A stretch of DNA of 64,000 bases, from the NCBI GenBank assembly GCA_002633005.1, contig NMRA01000498.1, positions 259,329 through 323,328 of the forward strand, in the 5' to 3' direction. This DNA is from Phoronis australis (lineage: Eukaryota; Animalia; Phoronida). The notes under the pieces are model-generated. The model was not told the DNA's origin, ran no database searches, and worked only from the letters and a program-made list of their open reading frames with translations. This document shows positions 25,351 to 34,700 of the stretch, in pieces (the first letter of the stretch is position 1; the number at the start of each line of letters is the position of its first letter). The translations under genes and the position numbers were made by a program.

Positions 25351-27877
25351 GTAACGGGTTCATACATTCACTAAAATGTAATGAACGGTTAATTGGCTTA
25401 CTTTTGTCTAAGTCATGGAGAGAATCCTTAATTAGTGTTCTAATCAGACTCCCATTGAATAAATACAATTACTATACACTTTTAGCCTTTACTCGTTTGT
25501 TCTGTGTTCTCGGCGTGACACAATTTGGTGAAAAAAGGCTGAGAAAATCATTTGACCTGCCTGCGTTTGAATGACACAATATGATGTGATTAGGCTGTGA
25601 AAATAATTCGACCTGGTAATTAAGAGTGTTGCGATAAGTAAATTTTGTGTATGCAAAATCAACATTTTAGAGTAGAACTTTGAAGTTTCAGACTTATTGA
25701 GGACGTAACAGACAGACAATTTATGTAGGAGAGTGCCATGTATCGGAAACTAAACAAACTATGCTTAACCTATCCCTAAAGAATGAGGCAGGGTCACAGC
25801 AGAAATATCGGGGATGAACCATATGGTTAGATTCATTTCTTGTGTATAAATATCAGATTCATTCTTGATTTTGACTGTGTGTTGTACTAACTGACCGATG
25901 AAGTCATCAGAAATGAAAGACGATGGTGTGCGTTTAAAATCTTCTCTACCAGATGGAGCTTCCTTCCACCAAGGACCGTAGGTTCTCTGCAAGATAACAC
26001 CAGACGCAATTATTAGAGGTCAATAGTCGTGCCTTCAGAAAAAAACAGCGGGTAGTAAGTGACACAAATTAAGGTTTCTAAAGACAGTATAATGCATTTC
26101 TCAGATGAAAAAGCTGTTATTTACTATTCAATTAATAGTACTTAATTGAGAAGGTTGGCCTCATTTTCTTTTTATCACTGTTTACTGACGTTTATGTGTT
26201 GCCTAGTTTGCATGTTCACATTGGAAATGGTGACTTATAAGCCCAAGTTGTGGCTGGGTAGCAATTGGTACAAGTTAGAAAATAACTCGCAAGTATTTCT
26301 TCACTGTTTATTGATTACAGCAAACTACGAATGATCGTAACCTGAAAGAACAGAGACAGGGGGTAAATACTAGGTCACTGACAAGTGACGTGTGATTACA
26401 ATAGGTTAACAATGCTAGAGATGTGCTAAGGCTACAATAAATGAGGGAATCTTACCGCTAATTAAACAATGGACTTAGAAACAAAAGGAACATGGCGGCT
26501 AGGGCGAATAGCAAGCGCCATCTATATGTCATAATTCTCTACAAGTCACTGAAATAGATAATGATTGATTGATATAACACACTCGCTTCATTTCGCAGTG
26601 GCGGATTTAGGATACCATAAGGGGGGGCCCAACATGTTGTCTCACGGAATTGGGGAAAGTGTGGTTGTATGTGTACAGGAGTCTCTAAAGTTGCAGGGGC
26701 CAGGAGTATGAACACCTTCAGTTCGAAAATCTATAGACTAAAAAATCTGCCTATGTTTTGCATAACTATAATTATTAAGAAAACTGTACCTCACACAGAA
26801 TAAATGATTGGTCATACATGGTCAAAAATAACGAGGTTAAAGTATTTAATTCAACTTAATTGTAAGCCTAAAAGAACAAAAAACAATTAAAAATGACAAA
26901 TCAAGTAAATTAATTTTGTTAGTTATTAATGTCTGAACTTGTTGAGCTTCCTGGTTTTCAGTATATTTTCATTAAAAAATTAGCTGCAGATTTCGTAGTT
27001 AAGTATCGGCTGTAAAATACATGTGACGGCTAATCAGCCTACAGTCCGCAGATCTATGTTTTCAGTAAGGCGTGTTTAGAATTTGTCGGAATTCGAGGCG
27101 GGTAGTACCAAGCAGGGGTAAGTCGCGTAAGATTTGATTTTTGTAGCTGATTTCGTGTTCCTGGTGCCTTTTTTAATTTTAATTTTTGAATTTGATTTTG
27201 TCCCCTTTGTTAAACCCCCTGTAGATCTGCCTCTGGCCTACTGTAGTAAGTATGGCAAAACTTAGGCAATGACCATCGCCTCTGCTGGCCCGATGGTCAT
27301 TGCCTAGGCAAAACTAAGCCTTGGTGCAAAGCTAGGTGTAAATATTTTGATGTTCTTTTGTTTTGTTCTTGTAACAGCTAATTGCAAGGCTGGTAGAAAG
27401 CTGACAGGGTGTACGGAATCAAGATCGACGATAAATATGGACCAAGAAATTAGATCGGATTCACTTGGTTTGCTTCACGACCCATCTTCCTGGTGAGTAG
27501 CCAGTACACAATTCTTTAAAAAAGGCTTGGTTTACCGACGTAACCTGATCACTATAAAAGTGTGGCGAAAGTCCAAGTTTCAACGGCTGCCTGCCACTCG
27601 GGTATAGGAGGATATTTGAACTTGGTCTACGAGCGTGCACTAGCACCAGTACTGTACGTAGTCGTAGGAAGCAGGCCAAAAAGCACAACAGCTGGGAGTA
27701 CACAAAACACTCGTCACTCACGAGGACACAGGCCTGGGTGAAATCTCCGTAGTTGGGGTAAACAGAGGGTTCTCCGGCTATATTCGGCACTGTATATGAG
27801 GCACTTTGTTCGCTGCCGTACTGTGAGCTGAAGTCTGCCACTGAGAGAGAGAACTTTTTCTTCACCGTCGAAGCCAT
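9293..27877 (-). CDS. FBXL4: F-box/LRR-repeat protein 4 (FBXL4) gene, 15 coding exons, 1680 nt CDS, 559 aa
   Basis: The spliced product follows known FBXL4 motifs in order: [54 protein letters not shown]-box ([21 protein letters not shown]), CCDPLQY..LNLQPYW, AMN1-type LRRs, KLFLTAN, D.SFC and IKKSF. All introns are GT-AG and phases are consistent. Confidence 0.96.
9411..10263. repeat. Near-identical ~420 bp tandem duplicate joined by a single N (probable haplotype/assembly artefact)
   Basis: 9411-9831 vs 9833-10263 differ by ~2 substitutions and one 12-bp indel. N at 9832. Confidence 0.85.
10275..10545. repeat. Degenerate (cacggactca)-type repeat ending in an inverted repeat
   Basis: Repeated acacggac/cggactca motifs. 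10435-10470 (acacggttaacggaccgccaaacacgggtcacggac) is mirrored at ~10507-10542. Confidence 0.6.
11078..11167 (-). mobile_element. Degenerate tRNA-derived SINE head
   Basis: The minus strand reads gcagtgtggcctagcgtgatagg (A-box-like) ... gggttctagtc (B-box-like) followed by cccttgag. It does not fold into a complete cloverleaf. Confidence 0.5.
11276..11380 (-). CDS. FBXL4: FBXL4 coding exon 14: [34 protein letters not shown]
   Basis: ttgttgtag acceptor, gtaaca donor, phase 2/2. Q.DILG motif. Confidence 0.9.
12311..12403 (-). CDS. FBXL4: FBXL4 coding exon 13: [30 protein letters not shown]
   Basis: ttttcag acceptor, gtaagt donor. KLFLTAN motif. Confidence 0.92.
12531..13180. other. Assembly gap (N run) inside an FBXL4 intron
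   Basis: 650 consecutive N. Confidence 1.
13321..13428 (-). CDS. FBXL4: FBXL4 coding exon 12: [35 protein letters not shown]
   Basis: cttacag acceptor, gtgagt donor. LRR matching the LD.WR...ELA.GCP.LEEL.LGWC pattern. Confidence 0.93.
13497..13642. mobile_element. PIF/Harbinger-like MITE (inverted sister copy at 38718-38867)
   Basis: Imperfect TIRs (cgttcagta.acgctagga / tcctagcgttac) flanked by CWG triplets. The internal sequence is the reverse complement of 38718-38867. Confidence 0.65.
14504..14596 (-). CDS. FBXL4: FBXL4 coding exon 11: [30 protein letters not shown]
   Basis: gttgtag acceptor, gtaagt donor. L.HL.LGSC LRR. Confidence 0.92.
15532..15661 (-). CDS. FBXL4: FBXL4 coding exon 10: [42 protein letters not shown]
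   Basis: cttttcag acceptor, gtaagt donor. LRR with LYR motif. Confidence 0.92.
16660..16769 (-). CDS. FBXL4: FBXL4 coding exon 9: [36 protein letters not shown]
   Basis: ttccag acceptor, gtattt donor. LRR. Confidence 0.9.
17310..17419 (-). CDS. FBXL4: FBXL4 coding exon 8: [36 protein letters not shown]
   Basis: gttccag acceptor, gtgagt donor. LNLSW.G motif. Confidence 0.92.
17613..17844. mobile_element. hAT-like MITE with apparent 5-bp TSD (inverted sister copy at 29118-29342)
   Basis: Ends catacacgcagccag ... ctgggtgcacgcatg, flanked by aaccc on both sides. The body is the reverse complement of 29118-29342. Confidence 0.65.
18328..18397 (-). CDS. FBXL4: FBXL4 coding exon 7: [23 protein letters not shown]
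   Basis: gttgcag acceptor, gtaatc donor. Signature CCDPLQY..LNLQPYW. Confidence 0.95.
19534..19604 (-). CDS. FBXL4: FBXL4 coding exon 6 (F-box core): [23 protein letters not shown]
   Basis: attacag acceptor, gtaagt donor. F-box consensus. Confidence 0.93.
19705..20470. repeat. Dispersed repeat with reiterated aaatttcatga(a/g)aatcc motifs (possibly a non-autonomous Helitron/Helentron-type element)
   Basis: The motif occurs three times (~19976, ~20240, ~20365). Related text occurs at ~49600-49920 and ~55820. The family assignment is an inference. Confidence 0.4.
20577..20708. repeat. 17-bp minisatellite (cttgttggggccccgcg), ~7 degenerate copies
   Basis: Directly visible tandem units. Confidence 0.85.
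21508..21709 (-). CDS. FBXL4: FBXL4 coding exon 5: [24 protein letters not shown]...DYFQFLP
   Basis: ctttccag acceptor, gtaagt donor. YYTELDAV signature and start of the F-box. Confidence 0.95.
21795..21940 (+). mobile_element. Possible Penelope-like terminal repeat fragment with a degenerate hammerhead motif
   Basis: caccc-ttgagaaa-gagtgcatcgctc-gatacgt-gggga followed by an AT-rich tail resembles the Penelope pLTR minimal hammerhead layout, but the core is mutated. Confidence 0.35.
22739..22840 (-). CDS. FBXL4: FBXL4 coding exon 4: [33 protein letters not shown]
   Basis: ctttgcag acceptor, gtaggc donor. W..LW ... R.F.P.I....FPT motif. Confidence 0.92.
23499..23897. repeat. 41-bp minisatellite (actaaacacagtctctgtgctggcccaatgaacgactcgct), ~10 copies
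   Basis: Head-to-tail units with no spacers, in FBXL4 intron 3. Confidence 0.95.
24295..24391 (-). CDS. FBXL4: FBXL4 coding exon 3: [32 protein letters not shown]
   Basis: ttttcag acceptor, gtatgt donor. ETYHPGA signature. Confidence 0.95.
25309..25350. repeat. (AAT)n microsatellite
   Basis: About 13-14 aat units. Confidence 0.95.
25896..25986 (-). CDS. FBXL4: FBXL4 coding exon 2: [30 protein letters not shown]
   Basis: cttgcag acceptor, gtcagt donor. RTYG.WW and FKRTP motifs. Confidence 0.95.
27263..27306. mobile_element. 44-bp miniature TIR element with 9-bp TSD (Mutator/MULE-like)
   Basis: Perfect 16-bp TIRs taggcaatgaccatcg / cgatggtcattgccta around a 12-nt core. ggcaaaact is duplicated at 27254-27262 and 27307-27315. 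Confidence 0.75.
27722..27877 (-). CDS. FBXL4: FBXL4 coding exon 1: [52 protein letters not shown]
   Basis: ATG at 27875-27877, in-frame TGA three codons upstream, gtgagt donor. Confidence 0.92.
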
Positions 27878-28388
27878 TACGTATCACCACGCCATCTATC
27901 GCCTAACCGCTCTCCTAACTCTCAAGTGTACACTGACGTAGCCCTGTTGCCCCTCGATAGGCCGGTTAGGGGCCCCTGTATGCCTACGGTATCCAGGGCC
28001 GAATGTGGCCTATCTCAAGCCCCGTTGTTTTCATGCAATACATGAGAGCTGAAACTTTGTGCTATATGGTTGCATTTTTCCCCAAAACACCTAAATTCGT
28101 CAAGATACCGGCACCACCGTGACACCACCGACCCCCGGCGCCCGCTCGCCGTGCCACGTATCCTCTTGGGGGTGTTATGCAAAACCTCAAGTAACAGAGG
28201 TAGCCTACACTAAGCTGCTTTTCCTTACAGTTGAGAATTTGATCTCTGGGCTGGGACCAAATTCTATGTACACAGCGCCACCTATACTGAAAAGTTCGCA
28301 GTACTGTCAAAGTATCTTTGGTACTGTGAAAGAGGGTTCCGGCGGACCGGAAACCAACGGACAGTTTTCTATTTCTTCAGAACAAGTT

Positions 28389-28577
28389 CAGTGACGGATT
28401 TAAGGGGGAGGGGGGGGGGGCACCCTGCCCGCCCCTCCTAAAATTCCCAAATTCAATTTGGCACTTCGGGTTGCGAATGTCTGACGGGTAAAATCCTGGC
28501 TAATCACTAGCCAGGATTTTACCGTCACTAGGCTTCCGAACCCTGTCCCCCAACTAAAAATCCTGTACACGCCCCTG
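28389..28577. mobile_element. hAT-like MITE with apparent 5-bp TSD and internal ~20-bp hairpin
   Basis: Ends cagtgacggattta ... tacacgcccctg, with aagtt on both flanks. Internal ggtaaaatcctggcta / tagccaggattttacc palindrome. Inverted sister copy at 29937-30091. Confidence 0.65.
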
Positions 28578-29117
28578 AAGTTCATAAAATTTCAGGTCAA
28601 TGCGGCGTGACCTGGTTGGACATAACCAAATAATGAATTGTCATTTCTTGGCTAAGCCCCGAAATAACACCTATTTTGATTAAGAAACAACATGAGACCG
28701 ATTACGTAATGGCAAATGGCCTACGTCCGGTCGGTCAAAATAAAACGTGTTGAGTGAGGCCTACTTGCAGTATACAATTAATTGCAGAGTCATATTCAAA
28801 TGAGAGATAAATTTACAAGGGAAACATGTAACACGTACTATGATACATTGATGTACTATAAACAAAGGAATTCCCCCGAATTCAAACAAAGGATAAGAAC
28901 GGGGTGGAAAATACGCATGTGGCGAAAGTTGATTATTACCAGCACGACAAACATGTTTTTATAGAGGTCTTAAAATCCAAAAAATTATCATCATAACGAA
29001 TTTCTCTAAGATTTCTCTATTCAGAGTTCAACACCACATCCGCGGCATAGCTTGAAGCGTAACGCTCCATTCTAAAAATTAATTGACGATAGATTTGAAA
29101 AAAATAAATTTAAAATG

Positions 29118-29342
29118 CATGCGCGCACCCAGGGGGGCTCGGGGTGCTCGTGTGAGAAACAAAAAGTCCGAGAAAATGAGACAAAAGTCCACTAAACAAG
29201 CACAAACGCGCAATTCACAGTGGTGCGCTCGTTTTTTTTTGTTTTTTTTTTTAGTCCGCCGGCTAGCCGGGTATTTTGTTACCAAAAGGCCCATAACGTT
29301 AGGAATTCGAGCCCCCCATGTTGAACGCTGGGTGCGCGCATG
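29118..29342. mobile_element. hAT-like MITE
   Basis: Perfect 15-bp TIRs catgcgcgcacccag / ctgggtgcgcgcatg. Homologous to 17613-17844. Confidence 0.7.
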
Positions 29343-29936
29343 GCATGGAATTTGAACTTTGAGACATGGTCACATTACGATTGCAAGCAGGATTTTTGAG
29401 ATAACTGGGAAATTAATTATGTGACTATACATGCTTTTTGTCTCTCGTCGTATAAATATAGGCTACAATCGTGACGGGGGTGTGTTGCATAAGAAATGAA
29501 CGGTGACTGCGCGTGACAAATTATGATTTGCGACCCATGTTTTTGCTGTAAGTCGTGACTGATCCGCTTGCAGCCTAGTTCAGTTACATTGAGGAAGACA
29601 TTGGTAATACATAAATAATGCGGCACTCACGATGGAGAGCACCTTGTATACTGGGCCTCATACTAGGATATGAAGATGAAGATTTTTAAGAAGGACCAAT
29701 TCTGCCGCCTCGGATTTCTCATAAGATTCAATACCAAAATTCTGGTCCGAAGGCGTAGATAGTTTAATTTTCACGCGGAAGGTCCTTACCTTAAAAGCCT
29801 ACTGGTACCCGAATTTGTAAGATAAAAGCAAGAATCAACTAAAAACGTATGTCACGTTCTTAGTGAGTGGTCTAAGAATCTTTCCCCACAGTTGCCTTGT
29901 AAATCGTTAAAATCGTAGATCACGCTTGCCCCGTGT

Positions 29937-30091
29937 CAGGGGCGGATCCAGGACTTTAAGTGGGGGGGACAGGGCAAAATATTAGCCAGGATTTTGCCCG
30001 TCAGACATTCGCACCTGCGAACTGCCAAATGGAATCTGGGAGGATTTTGGGGGGCCATGGCCTCATTGGCCCCCCTCTAAGTCCGCCACTG
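29937..30091. mobile_element. hAT-like MITE (inverted relative to 28389-28577)
   Basis: TIRs caggggcggat / gtccgccactg. Shares tagccaggattttgcccgtcagacattcgca with the reverse complement of the 28.4 kb copy. Confidence 0.65.
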
Positions 30092-30239
30092 GTAGGCACG
30101 CAGACTTCGAAAGAAGTTATCAACATTTGAGGATTGTCGATGGTTACAGAGCATTATTTTGTTTCAGGTAATTGGATGGGAAAGTCGTTTTTAATATCTG
30201 TTAATAGCCAAAACCGGGTTTGGTATCCTTTTAAAATTG

Positions 30240-30400
30240 TACACCTACCTGCCACCTGTATTTACGTACCAATCTACAAACTTACCCATTTGTCTACCTA
30301 CCAACGTACGTACAAACTCAGTACATATCTTCCAACCTACCTAACCACCTTGCTACGGTGCGATTCACAAACACCCACCGACCCACCCACCTACCCAGTG
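30240..30400. repeat. Degenerate (ACCT/ACCC)n low-complexity tract
   Basis: Repeated acct/accc tetramers. Confidence 0.6.
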
Positions 30401-30629
30401 TACGTGTCAACTTAGCTAACCTATTCGGGTTCAGTGGTTCGCATTAGGTTATGTCAAAACTTTGCCAGTAGATTCCCGCCTTTTCAAAAACCAAGTCATC
30501 CTTGGTATACCACACTTTTATCTCCCACCTGGTTACCATGCATGTCAACTCGTTGTCGTTGGTTTCTGATTGTTTGTCCAGCCTTCCCTCTTCTAGAACA
30601 TTGTTTACGAAGTTGTACTTATGTGCAAA

Positions 30630-31206
30630 TATCTTAAATTCTGTTAGCTCTAACCCCTAAAAAGGATAAATTTTCTGAAAGGTGAATAATTTTCCTAACA
30701 AAATGTATTATTCTTATTTGTTTGTTTTTATTTTTTATGAGATATGCGTTATTTAGTAAGTTTTCTACTTTGAACTGAAATTTTAGAAATATTGTTTCTC
30801 AAATCATATTGGTTTGTTTCTCAGCATGTTGATAACAGCATTTCCGAGGGAACCGTGTCTCAGATTTTTGAAATAGGTCCTAGATTTTCGGAACGAAGGC
30901 TTCAACGAACGTTTTTGCTCAACATACTGTAAGAAGTCGATAATTAAAAAAAAACTAAGACATATTTCAAAAATCTGAGACACGGTTCCCTCGGAAATGC
31001 TGTTACCAACATGTTGAGAAACAAACCAATATGATTTGAGAAATAATATTTCTAAAATTTCTATTCAAAGTAAAAAAATACCCAAAAACGCATATCTCGT
31101 GATAAAATAAACATAAATAAATAAGAATAACATATTTTGTTACAAAATTTGTCCATCTTTCAGAAAATAGTACTTGTAGGGGTTAGAGCTAACAGAATTT
31201 AAGATA
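30630..31206. mobile_element. Foldback/MITE with ~255-bp inverted arms
   Basis: 30630-~30885 is the reverse complement of ~30955-31206 (e.g. tatcttaaattctgttagctctaaccccta / taggggttagagctaacagaatttaagata; tttccgagggaaccgtgtctcagatttttgaaata mirrored). Spacer ~70 nt. Confidence 0.85.
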
Positions 31207-31433
31207 ATACGATGAATGTTTTCAGTCATCCAGTTGGGTCATAGTATAAGAATCAATAAATCTATTACTGGACTTACGGTACGTGGAGATGGCTACGTTG
31301 TGTCCTCCTGTCGAGGACTTCATCAGGCCATTGAGTTGTCACGTGACTTGTCATGTGATCTGTCGTACAGTTTCCGCGGGATTCTCTTCAGCGCCCTATC
31401 CCATGTCCTAGGTAAGTGAAACCACAGCCCCCC

Positions 31434-31715
31434 NNNNNNNNNNNNNNNNNNNNNNNNNNNNNNNNNNNNNNNNNNNNNNNNNNNNNNNNNNNNNNNNNNN
31501 NNNNNNNNNNNNNNNNNNNNNNNNNNNNNNNNNNNNNNNNNNNNNNNNNNNNNNNNNNNNNNNNNNNNNNNNNNNNNNNNNNNNNNNNNNNNNNNNNNNN
31601 NNNNNNNNNNNNNNNNNNNNNNNNNNNNNNNNNNNNNNNNNNNNNNNNNNNNNNNNNNNNNNNNNNNNNNNNNNNNNNNNNNNNNNNNNNNNNNNNNNNN
31701 NNNNNNNNNNNNNNN
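31434..31715. other. Assembly gap (N run)
   Basis: Run of N. Confidence 1.
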
Positions 31716-34700
31716 TGTAAGCCAACTTTGGAAAATCACGTGAGTTTGGCTAACCACTGAAAGGCGTCACGTTCACTTTTAAAAAGGGCTGTAGAGAATA
31801 CGAAGAACAAAATTTCGCTGTTATTTTGTGATTATACTGTACAATGTGAATTGTTCAAAGCATCATGAAGGTAACAGTAGAATATCACTAAGAAATGTGT
31901 GCAGCACTGAGTCTGTACATGATAAGGTTTAAGTCAGTGCCACGCATTTCCTGCGAATTAACAACAGCGCGGCATACGCGGAGAGTGTGCTGCCGTTAAT
32001 GGGGCGAACTGTGTTGAAGTGACCAATCTATACCTTTGTTAAGAGTGCCACCCTTCTTTGCTGTGAAATTTCAGTGACGATGATTTCCGTGACCATTCAT
32101 GAGCCACAATGGTTCGGAACCGTCCAATCTCCGCTAGAAACTAGTCTATAGACTCGCGGTACGTTATTTATAATGCCTTGAACCAATACATGAGGGTACT
32201 ACAAAAGAACATACACTAGCAAAATTTGCGTCTACGGAACACAGCCCTGGACGTGCGCGTGAGCAGCAGTAGTAACAGCAGCAAGCGGAAATCTGATAGC
32301 TGGAGACATCTCAGAAAATTCAATATAATTGCCGAGCGATAATCATTATTAGTGCAACTATAATTTTGCCAAATCATTGACGCACAAAAATAGAAAATAA
32401 AATCAATGGCAGAACGTGGCTTTTCAGGTCGCTCACGGGTAGCAGTATTTCAGAATGATGCGTGAACAAGACCCACTACAGATTTTGATTAACAAAGCGC
32501 CTGTCAACAGAATATAACTTCTACGCAGAAATATGACCTGAAATGAATGCTCAATGTTAAATCCATCAGAACTGCGGAAATTCGTATTATGGAACAAACA
32601 AAACAAAACCTTGTTTATAAAGTTTTACAAAACAAATCCACAAACCTAAAAAACATTTACTTTCGTTTTCGTTTTTCAGCTTAACAAACGACTGGTTAAC
32701 TAATTCAAGTAGAAGTTGTCCAGACAACGTAGGGCGTATTTCTAAGAAATTCTTTTTTAGCGCTGTTGCAATCAAGCGGACCGTTCGGTAGCTCCGGATT
32801 TTACGCTCCGTGTACAGTCAAATACAACACCGACGCATTGAGCTTTCGAGTGCACTGGGTCGGGCATGTGCATTGAGGTGAGCAATTTTGAGAATTATTC
32901 CATGTTCGTTATTGTAATTAAATTAAGCAATCAAGAATGAAGTCTCGACTTCACAGGAAGTACGTCACTACTGGCAAGGTTACGTCTCAAACGTCATCTG
33001 TTTGGCTAGAGATATGGATGCCAAAATGCGCTTTTTATTAATGGTGGAAAATCGTTCTACGAAATCGAACTCATTGTTCGTAGCATAATCAGAAAATCCA
33101 AGATGATTATTTACCAGTAGTTATCATTGTACCAATGGCTTTCATTGGCATCATTTAGCGACTTCACAAATGTCGTACTTGAACTCTTGGTATCCCACTG
33201 GTGTACAAAAACGCCACTTGATATTTTTTCGTTTGTGTATTCTCGCTTTAATGAACTTTTCATTCGTTTTATCACCAGGTGGTGCTGTGAGTAAAACTTA
33301 GAACTTTTTTCAGGTATTCGACGCATGAATGAATTTTAAGCTGTTTCAGGATTGTCATTGTATTTCTGGCAAAAAGAGAATCTGATGAAGAGCACAACCA
33401 CATTGGAAGAGAAACATCGTTAGAATAAGCATTTTTGAACAAAAATGATAGCTATGGTGACGTTCTAAATGAGTAGAACATTTCCACAAATGCCGAGCTT
33501 GCTCGGATAGATCGACGTCGGGTGGGTTTGCACTCCTCGTCCGTCTTCCAGATATAGCTTGATCGCGTTCATGCTCAACTTTTGATTAACCCTAAGCGAA
33601 AACCTAAAATTATTTTTGAAAAGCTTAGTCTTTAAGCTGAGTGTCAAATTGAACCCTTGCTGAGGCTAAAAATGTTCGAATAATCTCGGACAGTCAGCGT
33701 AATTATACAAAAGTCGCTTAACTAAATGGTCAAATCCGCTTTGAAAGTCGATAATCTGCGGTTATAATTGTTGGCCTCAGCAGGTTTTTCGGTGGTAACC
33801 ATCGCCAGAGAACTATGTTTCTGGACACCATGCCAGAGTTCTACGAAATCATGGCATGCCAAGCAAAGTGAGATTGCGAGTAAGGCGGTCTACCTGAAGG
33901 TCACGCGGTTCAACAACAGGAGAAGTCGAGAGCTACGGGTTTTTCGTCAATAAAAGCAAAAGAAAGACACATTCACATAAGAAAATCGAATTATTTTTTG
34001 TGAAAAAATCCAGACAACAGTTCAAGTGTTGTCTGAGAAAAAAATAGTGGTGATTTTTCTGTTCAGCTGTATCTATTCACCTATTACCCCAGTTTAGCTT
34101 TTAAATTCACAAGGTGTTAGCTCTGACGAAGGCGTGGAGATTGAATTGACCACCGGAAACTGCTCGTGAAACGACCTTGAAAGTGTGTGGGTGATTGGAT
34201 AGTCAATGACCTCTGGCGGGGGTGGATAATTACTAACCGATATTCAAACTCAAACAAGTATCCCTCTTCGAATCGGCCTAAAACTACAGTAGTCGTTTTG
34301 ACAATATTGTACTGTCAAAACTTTTGGAACAACAGCAAATCTGAGACATGTTTTCGAAAACGTCTGTTTGTGTTTGTGGAACTTTGTTTTAAGTGGGCAT
34401 TTGATGGCAAAGCGTCATTCACGGAGTTGTCAGTAGAGCACTTCGCGACATCAATATTTAAAGCAGAAGTGAACTTTTGAGTCAGAAAGCTTACGCCAAT
34501 AAAATGTTTCTCATGCTGTTCCTCATAACTAACTGTCAACTCTTTGTTAACCGAGAAATAATTTTTCATATGATCGGCGCATAAAATGACACGCCATGAC
34601 AAGCCAACTTGTAGATCCTGATCTCAAGCAATAACGAACTGTTATCACCTCCAATTTTCCTAAGCAACAATTTGAGACCAATTTCATCACGGTAAACGGT

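Noticed and set aside
33115-33284. Minus-strand exon-like segment (HHLVIKRM...WYNDNY) with cag/gtaaat ends
   Set aside because: No recognisable homology and no partner exons found, so it cannot be supported.
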